Below, in pieces: positions 13,501-24,354 of a stretch of DNA of 33,291 nt. The stretch is taken from contig NW_021832113.1 in assembly GCF_006345805.1 (NCBI RefSeq), positions 1-33,291 of the forward strand, read 5' to 3'. Source of the stretch: Octopus sinensis. Its lineage: Eukaryota. The stretch's first letter is position 1. Each line of letters opens with the position of its first letter. The notes under the pieces were generated by a model that saw only the letters and a program-made list of their open reading frames with translations, did not search any database and was not told the origin of the DNA. The position numbers were made by a program, and so were the translations under genes.

Positions 13501-16500
13501 TATGAGATTCCAGTGTGACTTGAACTTACAACACTTTTCTAACTATATATATATAATTATCGCTTGTTACGATGTTTGTATAACGTTTACTGTCCATATA
13601 TAGACATCGTTATACTGAAAATTGTTGGCTTTGAGATGGTTTCAATTGTAAGAGAGTCACTGTTTTCAGTCTTCCACATTTTGGTTTTACTTCCGACTTG
13701 ATTGTTCTGTTGAAATTAGATCATGGAACCTGGTCATTGTTATTTGACCAAGAAAAGAATTCATCATTAGTATTCAGTACTGGAAATGGTTACATTTTTC
13801 TATGGTTTCTCATGGAACTACCATAATATCAACTGTGCTGAGACACAACCATATTAATTGTAACAAATGTCACATGTTCTTCACACAGATTTTATACAAT
13901 CTATATTGATAGTTAGTGTTTATACGCTGCATTAACATGATAATTAATCAGCTATCATCCATTAACTCTCTTAAACTTGTCTGTCTGAAAGTTTCATAGC
14001 ATTATCTTGTACCCTCATCTAATATTTTACACCTTATTACCCTCAAAGTAAACATAACTTTTACATGGGTACACAACCACATCCCTACGAACTAGTTTTA
14101 CAGCTGTATGCCCTTCCCACAATAATAAAGTGTTGATTATCAATAACTATAATGAAATTATACTATAAAACGTAAAGCTTGAAAATATTCATTTCAAAGA
14201 CTCCAACTTCTGTGAAGGATGCCTTAACAACATCACAGCCAGTTGGTGAGTAGCAAATAACAGTACCTCATGGATTTCTATAAATTTAACCTTCACCTGA
14301 GCATTAGTAGTTTATCAGAATGACTGAGGACAAGATCCATTCCTAATTTACATCTGAAATATTAACTGTAAAATAATTCTATTAGACATTTTGATATCAA
14401 TGAAATTTCACAAAATATCCAACGGGGATGGCATGGTTTGGAAAATAGATAATTTAGAAGACAATAGAATTAATACTGTATCTTAAAACGGAAGACTAAA
14501 ATATGTAGTTACTAAGTTTACTGATAGGTTATTGCTGTTGTTGCTATTTTGGCAAATATCTCTCATAATGTGACAGATTTACAATGAAATGTGTTCCTTG
14601 TGTGAACACCCTGCCTTTTTTTTTTGACTGATAATAAATTTATCATTGCATCCCCTAAACATTGTCTTTATCCATGTAAAAGTATTAGGTTTGATGTTGA
14701 GACAACCGTCCTCTCTCTCTCTCTCTCCAAGATAGACACTGATGACCCTCATCATTTATCATCTGATGTCTATGCTCCTATCGATTGGATGGATGATTCC
14801 TATCCATGTCAGTTCTTATTAACAAATACTGTCCGCCTCGATTGGATGAGGAACACATTCCGGCTTTTCTATGGTGATGTGCCTTTCCTAACATCAACCA
14901 CTTTAAAAGGGCCTTGGGCACAATTTTGCTCCAAAAGCACTAGAAAAATTGTCGTCAACAAAATTAAACGCTCCTCTTTAACTTCTACAAGGAAATTCTG
15001 TTTGCAGATACTGAGAACAGAAAGCTAAAATACAATAAAGATGAACTGGATGGATATATGCTGGAGATCCAAAGCAAAAGCAGTGATTCCCATTCATAGA
15101 CAGTTTGAAATGTCCATTGAAACCAGCAATCAAATACCGATTGATTAGTTCAGACTAATTTCAACCTTGAATATAAATGGCGAGATTTACAAGGTTGTAT
15201 TCACAAAGAGATCAACTGTAAATCTACAGAATAATGAATATGGGACTAAAAGTATCTTGAAGACTGGAATCCTCTGGCATTCCAGGCTGTGTGGAACATG
15301 TGTCTTAAATCTTGGATGTGATACAAGACGGAAAGAAGAATAAAAGGGATTGAATGTTGTGTGATTTGATCTGGTTTATGGTTCTCTAGCAAACAAATTG
15401 TTGATGGAAGCAGTGGACCTGTTTTATATATGAGAAAAGATTAAGGATCTGATGAGGAGCTGCTATAACAATTTCAATATGCAGTTCATGAGGAAAACTT
15501 TCTCGATAGACTGGTATCATTTTGAAACGGGAATTGCTGTAGTTTCTACAAAATCAGTCATTTGGTTTGTGATTGTTATGGAGATGTTACTTAAATCAGC
15601 AGATTGATAAGAAATGGCTCAAAGGAAAACACTCGAGAAGACATTAATGGATTACATAACAATAGTAACAACAAATAAAAGGATATGCAAATAGTTCTGG
15701 ATTAACTGGGTAGACTGAGGAACTTGGTGAAGAATGTGCTTCAATGCAAATGGGTAATGAAGCCCGTCATTTGTGAAAGGTCAGCAGAAACAAGTGAAGG
15801 TCAAAATAGCAGGAGAAACCCTGATGAAGTTTAAAGGGAAACTTGAAAAACTATTACGACGATGGTAAACTACCTAATTTTGCAATAATAGTAAAGGCAT
15901 TGAGATCATGTCACAGAACGAAGATGGGTTAAAAGAAATAAATATGCCAAACATTCTGGAAAATAAAAGATTTGGAGCTCGCACTTTGTATTCCCGTCTT
16001 TCTTATATATTTTTGAGTATCAGTCCTTTTGTACCATTTCAGATGTCTTCACTGCATTAATGTGTAGATGTCCAGTTGTATGTAGTTAATGGGGTTTTGT
16101 ACAAGTGTGCAGTGTTTTAGGACACCTGATATCACTTTTTGTTTCATCTGTGGAGAACTGATCATTGCTCACCTTTATTAAGGAGTCTTAAAATATTCCC
16201 TGCATCTGATAATGACCTGGTGATCTGGGATGTAGGATGATAAAATTCACGATTTTCCAACAGCAAAGAGAACTGGTATTACGTTTATTTTACTTGAAGT
16301 GGTGTGTCATGCATTTGTGACGAGATCTTTGGAGACCACATTGGATGATATTGCACTTTAGCAGAAGATGAGGAGAATGGTGGTTAGTGAAGTCTAGAGT
16401 TTAGAGGACAGTCGCATGTCATAGATTTGGTTCAGATATATGAAAGGAGAGAGAGAACTATGAGAAGAAACAGTCTCATGAAATGATAATTAAATGAAAT

Positions 16501-18573
16501 AATTGCAACATTGTTAGATTATGTAGGATGTCTCTGTTAAAGAGAAATAAAGTTTCGGAAAGTTAGTCTATTTTGTTGCAGGCCTAAATATTGAGCTATT
16601 ACCTGGTCCCACAATGGAAAGTATAAAAATACTGAGCAAAACCCTAGTGGTCACCAGCCAGCCAACCACTGATGATAATAAATGTCCCACAACAATAAAC
16701 TACAGAATATTTATAGAGATAAATTATAAAACTTGGAAATATTTATTTCAGAGAGTCCAGTTCTGAAGGAGAGGGATCTTCTGAGAGTGGCTAAGAGGTT
16801 AGGACGTGATTGGTGGCAAGTGGGTGAGTATATTTGATTTCTATATATTTTACTTTCACCTGATCTATTTTATTTGTCAGAATGAATGAGAACAAGTTAC
16901 ATTCCTCATTTCCCATTGATAGGTTATCTGTATGACAATTTTATTTACGATATTCCTGATATTTCATAAAATATCCACTGAGGTTAGCATGGTTAGTAAT
17001 AATGGATAAACTAGAAAATAGAAATGGCGTTTAATATTATCTTTTGGAAGAAGGAACTAAAATATATTGTTTAAGGGTAAACAGATGAGTGAATTTGTTT
17101 TACATTTTCTTTAGGTTCACTGTTAGGTTATTGTAATGAAGGACAAGTACCAAAGTTAACATCTAAAACAAAGCATCTTTCTTCAAACAGAAGACTTTGA
17201 GTTTGGTTCTTCTTGCAGCCATTATTTATTGGGTTATTGTGTTGGAAGCTGATAATTCCAATTTAGATTGTCATTTTGTAATGACTTTACCACATGACAT
17301 ATGTCTGTAAATGCTTCAATAAAAAGAGATTTAATAAAGGTGACACAGCGAAATCCTATCATTCTCCTCAGGCGAAAACAGAGAATTCCTTTAAGGGAAT
17401 TTACCAGAAAATGAACTGGAGGTGGCATCTCTCATTGAGACTGACATAATAATAACTGAATAGGCTCTGTAGAATTGATTGAACCTGGAGTTCATTGGAG
17501 AAGTTTGAAATGGGTTGAATTTGACTTAGAATTATCGACTGTTGGACAATCACTGATCATTCGATTTTTAGTGTCCTCTTGGGAACTTTGCAAGGTAGTA
17601 GATGGCACAGAGGGACAGTACTTTCATGACCCTTTGAATACCAGGTCTGAAATCTACCAGAATAAGACAGATATATGGGATTCCTCTAAAGGGTCTTTGG
17701 AGTAATGTTACTCAATAGGATTTATAGTTCAGAGATCTGGGAGTCTCTCCAGGTTGAGCCACGTCTCCTCCACATCTGTGGTACCTCGGACATGTGATCA
17801 GGGTGTTGCAGGAATGAATTACAGGACATGTTCTCAAAGTCAAACCAATGGAACAGGATACCGAGGGGGAGGCCAAGAAAGAAATGGTTGGATGATATCC
17901 ATAGTCTTAGTTCTTCACATCATAGAATACAAGCAGAATGTCTAATGATGGATGCTTCTGATAGGACCCTATGGAGGAGGTGCCTGAGGACTCTTTCCCC
18001 ACAGCCCTTTCAAGAATATTGAGCAGAGGAAATGGATGGATCATATGCTTTCACTGTTGGAGGTCAATGTTAATTCTTGAGGTTCTGATATACTTTTGCC
18101 TTCACAAAAGTTTTCCTGCCCTCGTTTACCATATATTTTCTCAAGTATAATTTTCAATTAATTTTCTTTAAAAATCTCGTTTAATTCAAACTCTTTGTTA
18201 TTTTTGTCAATAGAAAACAATGTCTTATATTTTTCCTGTTTCTTAGCTATTTCTTTTTTGATTTCTCTAATGATAAAGTTTGTTTGTTATATTCATAACA
18301 ACCTACAGTACACAGCGTTTTATGTTATTGTCAGTGTTGTTGCATTTATTTCTTATTGTTGTGTCTTTTGCAGCTATTTTTTTAGGAGTTGATACAACTG
18401 AACTGAAAATTGATGATGAGTCTATTGACACTGTAAAACAAGGCTACCTGATGCTTCGCGAATGGTTCAAAAATTGCGACCCAGAAACACGGACACACGC
18501 AACATTAAGTGCAGCTCTTGAAGAAGCTGAATGTTTCACTGCGATGGAATGTCTGTCATTAGACGCAAAGTGA
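1431..18573 (+). CDS. 5'-partial multi-exon gene: tandem 26-aa repeat linker followed by a C-terminal death domain (gene start lies upstream of the window)
   Basis: Canonical AG/GT exons, all phase 1, join in frame. The last two give ESPVLKERDLLRVAKRLGRDWWQVAIFLGVDTTELKIDDESIDTVKQGYLMLREWFKNCDPETRTHATLSAALEEAECFTAMECLSLDAK*, which fits the death-domain pattern (VA..LG.DW..A..LG, Y.ML..W, T...L..AL). Which repeat exons are actually included is not known. Confidence 0.82.
1761..2601 (-). mobile_element. 5'-truncated RTE-type LINE (ORF C-terminus + 3'UTR + (GAT)n tail), copy 1
   Basis: The minus strand carries a degenerate C-terminus (IRCGVQER..WYGHV..VEG..G.G.PRKT) like the more intact copy at 29150-29425; the (CAT)n on + is the tail. 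Confidence 0.85.
3512..3589 (+). CDS. Repeat exon R2, same peptide as R1
   Basis: Same splice sites; differs from R1 only by a synonymous AGA>AGG. Confidence 0.75.
3842..4689 (-). mobile_element. RTE fragment copy 2 (amplified with the unit)
   Basis: Same junctions as copy 1. Confidence 0.85.
5589..5666 (+). CDS. Repeat exon R3, same peptide as R1
   Basis: tttatttcag| and |gtgagt; identical to R2. Confidence 0.75.
5919..6763 (-). mobile_element. RTE fragment copy 3
   Basis: Same junctions; shares diagnostic variants with copy 1. Confidence 0.85.
7674..7751 (+). CDS. Repeat exon R4, same peptide as R1
   Basis: tttatttcag| and |gtgagt; identical to R2. Confidence 0.75.
8004..8774 (-). mobile_element. 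RTE fragment copy 4 with internal 68-bp deletion
   Basis: Same junctions; lacks one 68-bp sub-repeat and has a shorter (CAT)n. Confidence 0.85.
9679..9756 (+). CDS. Repeat exon R5, same peptide as R1
   Basis: tttatttcag| and |gtgagt; identical to R2. Confidence 0.75.
10009..10855 (-). mobile_element. RTE fragment copy 5
   Basis: Same junctions as copies 1-4. Confidence 0.85.
11756..11833 (+). CDS. Repeat exon R6 (diverged): (E)APKFEDRRVKTEATCQELGAASQVI
   Basis: Canonical sites and 78 nt long, with several non-synonymous changes (VQT>VKT); has a new internal CAG|GTAATA donor-like site after 11826. Confidence 0.7.
12119..12166 (+). CDS. Older repeat exon R7: (A)RPIFEDKEVQTVEEP; ancestral donor lost
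   Basis: Intact cttggaaatatttatttcag acceptor. The homologous donor at 12170 reads ctgagt instead of gtgagt. An in-frame GT at 12167 would give a 48-nt phase 1-1 exon. Confidence 0.45.
13136..13292 (+). mobile_element. Old RTE/SINE-family 3' end with (GAT)n tail
   Basis: ggttggcatcagtaagagcatcc...ccaacccattccagcttggaaaac...gatgatgaggatgatgatg is a diverged sense copy of the same 3' end. Confidence 0.7.
13420..14560 (+). repeat. Diverged paralogue of the intron-exon unit (contains R8)
   Basis: Collinear with 280-910 and with the exon flanks; for example 13809-13847 matches 643-681 at 37/39. Confidence 0.9.
14198..14245 (+). pseudogene. Older repeat exon R8: TPTSVKDALTTSQPV; ancestral acceptor mutated (AG>AA)
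   Basis: cttgaaaatattcatttcaa|AGACTCC...CAGTTG|gtgagt lies in a paralogous intron unit; an alternative AG at 14198-14199 gives a 46-nt exon that starts in phase 0. Confidence 0.45.
15010..15868 (+). mobile_element. Degenerate non-LTR reverse transcriptase remnant (R2-group, Hero/NeSL-like, tentative)
   Basis: Frameshifted motifs FRLISTLN, GIPGCVEH, LNVV*FDL.YGS, WYHFETGIA...SVIWFVIVMEMLL, LMDYITIVT. Confidence 0.8.
16380..17095 (+). repeat. Diverged paralogue of the intron-exon unit surrounding death-domain exon 1
   Basis: Collinear with the R-exon flanks (ttagtgaa.tctagag, aattaaatga.ataatt, identical cttggaaatatttatttcag, ctgaggttagca, ggaagaaggaacta). Confidence 0.9.
16752..16823 (+). 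CDS. Death-domain exon 1: (E)SPVLKERDLLRVAKRLGRDWWQV
   Basis: tttatttcag| and |gtgagt, 72 nt, phase 1-1; carries the death-domain N-terminal motif VA..LG.DW. Confidence 0.85.
17690..18015 (+). mobile_element. RTE (Expander/Rex3-like) LINE 3' fragment
   Basis: LQVEPRLLHI, WYLGHVIR, PRGRPRKKWLDDI...DRTLWRRCLRTLSPQP across frameshifts. Confidence 0.7.
18374..18573 (+). CDS. Death-domain exon 2 (terminal coding exon) ending in TGA
   Basis: gtgtcttttgcag|CT ATT TTT TTA GGA; in frame with the previous exon; matches the 3' part of ORF 18280..18573. Confidence 0.88.
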
Positions 18574-18815
18574 ATTTCCATGTAACTGTTGTTGTTTAGC
18601 TTCAGATTAACCTTGACCAAACAGAGTCTTTTGATCAAACGCATTCCAGCCAGGACCATCATGCCTATTTCCAAAGAGAACCCACAACCACCTCGTCCAA
18701 TATGCCCTTCTGTACAGTGATATCGTGTGAATTTAGCTACTAATTCTAGCAGGTATATCAACCACATTGTGATCCCATCACTGGTTTTGCTCCTTTGTTA
18801 AAAATTCACTTTTAA

Positions 18816-18821
18816 AATAAA
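18816..18821 (+). terminator. Putative polyadenylation signal of the death-domain gene
   Basis: AATAAA about 240 nt after the stop, followed by a GT-rich tract (gttgttgctgttgttgt) near 18845. Confidence 0.55.
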
Positions 18822-20254
18822 GACAAAGTTTGAAATGTTCATTTATTGTTGTTGCTGTTGTTGTATATCTAATCCCATCCCTATATTGTTATATAGACAG
18901 CTTTAATATCTTCTCCTATATTGATAGTTATCTACCTTCATTTTTAGCTGAGAGTAGAATGCCTGGTATATATATATTGATGTCTTTTCCCTTTATATAT
19001 CCTATAGAGATAGTATTTCTATATAATACATGATGTATCTAAGGATATATCTCACTTTGTCCTGTTGTGGTTTAAGACAGGCCTCTCCAAAGTGGCGGTG
19101 GTTGAATAAAAATTCAGGGGGTTTTGAGTGCAATATACAATATTTTAATTTTATATTCTTACTTTATGACCTTCGTTATTTACTAATGACTGCAATTTTC
19201 GTCAGTAAAAATAAACTTCACTATTATACATATGAAAATAAATCAAACAAATTAAAATTAAACAATAGCTGTGCTGAAAAATTGTGAGATAATAAAATAA
19301 TGACACAACATTTGTTGTTTTAATTGCATGTGATTGTGGAAAAGCCACAGTGTCTCCCTCTTTTTAAGTAACTTCAGATAAAGGAAGAGTACAATTCTTC
19401 CCTACAATATTTACCTTCATATTACTCCACTGTTATTACATGTTATTTTAATTTGAAATTAGATTTCAAGTTCTTACAGCAGAGACCAAGATTAAATAAG
19501 TAAAATACATGAGACCTTTATGTACATTATAAGATGTGACAGGAAGCTCTACCGAGCAGACTTTTGTGGAATTGGAAAGGAAGACTCATAAGTATTCTCC
19601 ACTTTTTATTGGATTCTTTTGTGATAGAAGTGAACAAACCTGATTGTTTTTAAATTAAATAATCAAGATATTTAAATTAGATAAAAATAAACTTTATTCA
19701 GAAATTGATAATTACTTTTAAAGCAAACCGAAATTTTACCGGTGAGTGTGTTAAATAATAAGGCACTAAAAGAGAATGACTCTCCCCAGACACAACAAAA
19801 TTATTTTGTATCAAACTTTGTACAAAATTATTCCAAATAAATTGATAACATAAGTTTCTGATTTTTTTCTTGGATAACTTGGGGAGAAATGCTTTTCACA
19901 CATTATATGCAATGTAAATACACAACAAAAAAATAAAGCTGTCCAAAGCTATAGGTTACTGTTTATATAGACCAGCTGGAGCAAATTTAGTTTAACATTT
20001 AATGCGTAGCAATAAACTCATTTATATAAGTGTTAGTTTTCTATAAATTGAGAAAACGTAAGACTTTTAGTGACTTTATAAAACTAAAAAGAGTAACTTC
20101 AAACTTTGGTGACCCCAGACAAATTCCTTTACTGACGGAGATATTCGTCTTGTTTTGGTCAATGACTGTCAAAGTAATTTTCATATTTTAAAAGCATCAA
20201 AAGGAAAATATGTTGCCCAGAGAAGAGAGGTTGAATTTGTCAAATTATAAAAGC

Positions 20255-20390
20255 ACAGAGAATAATGATGGACTGGACATTTTCTTTAGGTTAATGATCA
20301 GAGGATCCTTAAACAGATGCTATATGCTAAACTTCTGTATGGAGAGAGCCCCCAGCAGAAACGAAGACTACGATTTAAGGACTGTGTATG
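20255..20390 (+). mobile_element. RTE LINE C-terminal fragment
   Basis: WTGHFL*VNDQRILKQMLYAKLLYGESPQQKRRLRFKDCV. Confidence 0.7.
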
Positions 20391-20439
20391 TATATATATA
20401 TATAAACTGAGCGGATACTTACCAGGCTGAAAAAATGTA

Positions 20440-20520
20440 CTTTAATGAGGTCAATTGGTTCGACTAAAAATCCTGCAAGGCGGTAACCCAGCATGGCCAC
20501 AATTCAATGACTGACAAAAG
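20440..20520 (+). mobile_element. SINE 3' fragment
   Basis: ttcgactaaaaat...aaggcggt..cccagcatggccaca..tcaatgactga, the same tail as other SINE copies here. Confidence 0.6.
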
Positions 20521-20882
20521 GAAAAAAAAAAGAGGCAATATACGAAAATTCTCATCGATGTCAACAAGTTCCCCGTCGCTCTTTCACAAATTCAGCGAAG
20601 CAGAAATGAAAGCACACACACACACACTCATACACTTTCTTCAGAATGTCACAGTTTTATGGTCAACATTTTTAAAGCATAAATAGCTACGAGTGTGCGT
20701 CTTTGCATGTATCTATATGTGTGGGTGATAGGACGGGTGGGTGTTTGAGCACAGTCCACCCATACCCAAGGTGGTCGCATCGTCTCATGTGACCCAGCCA
20801 CGAGTGTTCCGGATCCCATTAATGAACTCATTTGCATACAACCAGTCAGAGCTCACCTTCAACTTGTTGTCAGGTTAACAAA

Positions 20883-21047
20883 CAGGAGTGTCTGTAGGGG
20901 AAGTAGCTCGCTTACCAACCACATGATTCCAGGTTCAATCCCACTACATGGCACCATGGGCAAATGTTTTCTACCATAGCCTCGGACCGACCAAAGCTTT
21001 GTCAGTGGATTTTGTACACGGAAACAGAAGGAAGCCCGTCGTATATA

Positions 21048-21096
<49 letters not shown>

Positions 21097-21270
21097 GTAT
21101 GTTTCTGTGTCTGTGTTTGTCCGCCCAGCATAGTTCCACAACCAATGCTGGTGTGTTTACGTCCCTGTAACTTAGCGGTTCGGCAAAGGAGACCGATAGA
21201 ATAAGTACTAGGTTTAGAAAGAATAGGTCCTCTGGTCGATTTACTCGACAAAAGTCGGTGCCCCAGCATA
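20883..21270 (+). mobile_element. tRNA-derived SINE with internal (AT/GT) microsatellite
   Basis: Degenerate A-box region and B-box ggttcaatccc, then ggaaacagaaggaagcccgtcg-(AT)n-gtgtttgtcc...taacttagcggttcggcaaa...ccccagcat. Confidence 0.8.
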
Positions 21271-21274
21271 CAAC

Positions 21275-21282
21275 CATATATG

Positions 21283-21331
<49 letters not shown>

Positions 21332-21364
21332 TATGTATATATATAATATATATATATATGTATG

Positions 21365-21395
<31 letters not shown>

Positions 21396-21455
21396 GTATG
21401 TATGTATATATTATGTATGTATATATATATATATGATATATATATATATTATATG

Positions 21456-21494
<39 letters not shown>

Positions 21495-21594
21495 TATATA
21501 TATATATCTTTAATATATATATATATGTATATATATCTTATATATATATATGTATATGTATATATATATCTTTATATATATATATATATATGTA

Positions 21595-21629
<35 letters not shown>

Positions 21630-21730
21630 ATATATATATGTATATATATATATATATATGTATATATATGTATGTATGTATATATATATGTATGTATATA
21701 TATATGTATGTATGTATATATATATGTATG

Positions 21731-21792
<62 letters not shown>

Positions 21793-22190
21793 GTATATAT
21801 ATCTTTATATATATGTATATGTATATATATCTTTATATATATGTATATGTATATATATCTTTATATATATATATGTATATGTATATATATCTTATATATA
21901 TATATATATGTATATATATCTTTATATTATATATATATATATATGTATATATATATTATATATATATATATATATGTATATATATGTATATATATCTTTA
22001 TATATATATATATGTATATATATCTTTATATATATATATATGTATATATATCTTTATATATATATATATGTATATATATCTTTATATATATATATATATC
22101 TATATATATATATATACCTTTATATATGTCTATATCTATCATTATATATATCTATATCTATCTATCTTTATATATATATATATATATATA
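21275..22190. repeat. ~0.9 kb complex (AT)-rich microsatellite with higher-order atatgtatatgtatatatatcttt-like units
   Basis: Direct reading; source of spurious IY-rich ORFs. Confidence 0.95.
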
Positions 22191-23776
22191 TCATCATCAT
22201 CATCATCATCATCATTTAACGTCCGCTTTCCATGCTAGCATGGGTTGGACGGTTCAACTGGAGTCTGGGGAGCCCGAAGGCTGCACCAGGCCAGTCATAT
22301 CTGGCAGTGTTTCTACAGCTGGATGCCCTTCCTAACGCCAACCACTCCGAGAGTGTAGTGGGTGATTTTATGTGCCACCGACACAGGTGCCAGACGAGGC
22401 TGGCGAACGGCCACGCTCAAATGGTGTTTTTTATGTGCCACCGACACAGGTGCCAGACGAGGCTGGCAGACGGCCACGCTCGGATGGTGTTTTTATGTGC
22501 CACCGACACAAGTGCCAGATGAGGCTGGCGAACGGCCACGATCGGATGGTGTTTGTTACGTGCCCACAGCACGGAGGCCAGTCGATGCGGTACTGGCTAC
22601 GGCCACGTTCGGATGGTTTTCTTGTGTGCCACCGGCACTGGTACCATAAAGATACAAATTCCATTGATGTTCATCTATTTTGATTTGGTTTGATTTTCAC
22701 TTGCCTCAACAGGTCTTCACAAGTGTCATAAGAAGGAAGGTATGCACAGGTGGACTGACTACGTCCCAGGTAGGGGCCACGGGTTATGGCCTGACTAGTC
22801 TTGCCGGGTCTTTGGATGGTGTTTTTATGTGCCACCAACACAGGTGCCAGATGAGGCTGGCGAACGGCCACGATCGGATGGTGTTTGTTACGTGCCCACA
22901 GCACGGAGGCCAGTCGATGTGGTACTGGCTACCACCACGTTCGGATGGTTTTCTTGTGTGCCACCGGCATTGGTACCACAAAGATACAAATTCCATTGAT
23001 GTTCATCTATTTTGATTTGTTTTGATTTGATTTGATTATGATTATGATTATCACTTGCCTCAACAGGTCTTCACAAGTGTCATTTGATTTGATTAGATTA
23101 GCACTTGCCTCAACAGGACTTCACAAGTGTCATAAGATGGAAGGTATGCACAGGTGGACTGACTACATCCCAGGAAGGGGCCACGGGCTATGGCCTGACT
23201 AGTCTTGCCGGGTCTTCGGACAGGTGCCAGATGAGGCTGGCGAACGGCCACGATCGGATGGCGTTTGTTATGTGCCCACAGCACGGAGGCCAGTCGATGC
23301 GGTACTGGCTACAGCCACGTTCGGATGGTTTTCTTGTGTGCCACCGATACTGGTACCACAAAGATACAAATTCCATTGATGTTCATCTATTTTGATTTGG
23401 TTTGATTTTCACTTGCCTCAACAGGTCTTCACAAGTGTCACACACTTGCCTCTGCCTCAACAGGTCTTCACAAAGTGTCACACACTTGCCTCTGCCTCAA
23501 CAGGTCTTCACAAGTGTCACACACTTGCCTCAACAGGTCTTCACAAGTGTCATAAGAAGGAAGGTATGCACAGGTGGACTGACTACGTCGCCGGGTCTTC
23601 GGATGGTGTTTTTATGTGCCACCGACACAGGTGCCAGATGAGGCTGGCGAACGGCCACGATCGGATGGTGTTTGTTGTGCCCACAGCACGGAGGCCAGTC
23701 GATGCGGTACTGGCTACGGCCACGTTCGGGTGGTTTTCTTGTGTGCCACCGTCACTGGTACCACAAAGATACAATT

Positions 23777-23778
<2 letters not shown>
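22191..23778 (-). mobile_element. RTE-family 3'UTR with (GAT)n tail, expanded by nested tandem repeats (~62, ~330, ~35 bp)
   Basis: (CAT)n-ttaacgtccgc...ctggatgcccttcctaacgccaacc; repeated atgtgccaccgacacaggtgccaga and cttgcctcaacaggtcttcacaagtgtca blocks. Confidence 0.85.
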
Positions 23779-23835
<57 letters not shown>

Positions 23836-23890
23836 CATACGTACATACATACATACATAAATACATACATATATAGGTGTATATACCCAC
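23779..23890. repeat. (AT)n/(CATA)n microsatellite
   Basis: Direct reading. Confidence 0.95.
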
Positions 23891-24206
23891 ACACGCATAT
23901 ATACTATCTAAAACAAAATAATCACCTGATCAAGTCCAAAGGTTTGTACTAGATATTGTTATTACTTTATATAGTTGTGGCGTGTAATTAAATGTAAAAT
24001 ATAAGCTAGTCAATGTTTATTTGTTAAAGGTATCAGCAGAAGCTTGCATGCGTATGTGTGTCTGTTGGTGCGCCAATGCTCGTGTCCCCTTCGCAAGCGA
24101 AAAACGAGCCCGTTTCAATTCGAAACTGTCACGTCGGTTTTATATGACTAAGATGTTATTTTTTAGTTATCTCCCTTAATTAAAGAATATACACTTTTGG
24201 CACTAT

Positions 24207-24352
24207 TTGCTCTTTTAATCTCTCACTTGTTTCAGTCGTTTGACTGCGGCCATGCTGGTGCACCACCTTTAGTCGAGCAAATCTACCCCAGGACTTATTC
24301 TTTGTAAGCCTAGTACTCATTCTATCGGTGTCTTTTGCCGAACCGCTAAGTT
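24207..24352 (-). mobile_element. SINE 3' half
   Basis: Reverse complement of the 3' part of the SINE at 21160-21270 (gccgaaccgctaagtt, gactgcggccatgctgg). Confidence 0.8.
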
Positions 24353-24354
24353 GC

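Noticed and set aside
18444-18767. 107-aa minus-strand ORF
   Set aside because: Antisense shadow of the death-domain exon and 3'UTR; no recognisable domain
19078-20118. Possible hAT/Charlie-like ends (caggcctctccaaagt ... actttggtgacccca)
   Set aside because: Only about 12/16 match, no TSD and no recognisable transposase inside
21258-22335. Long IY/YI-rich ORFs (also near 23600, 26150, 28430, 30500, 31050)
   Set aside because: Translations of (AT)n, (GATA)n and (CATA)n microsatellites
22370-23560. CRISPR-like appearance of short repeats
   Set aside because: Eukaryotic context, no unique spacers, and the repeats are head-to-tail tandem copies within a retroelement 3'UTR
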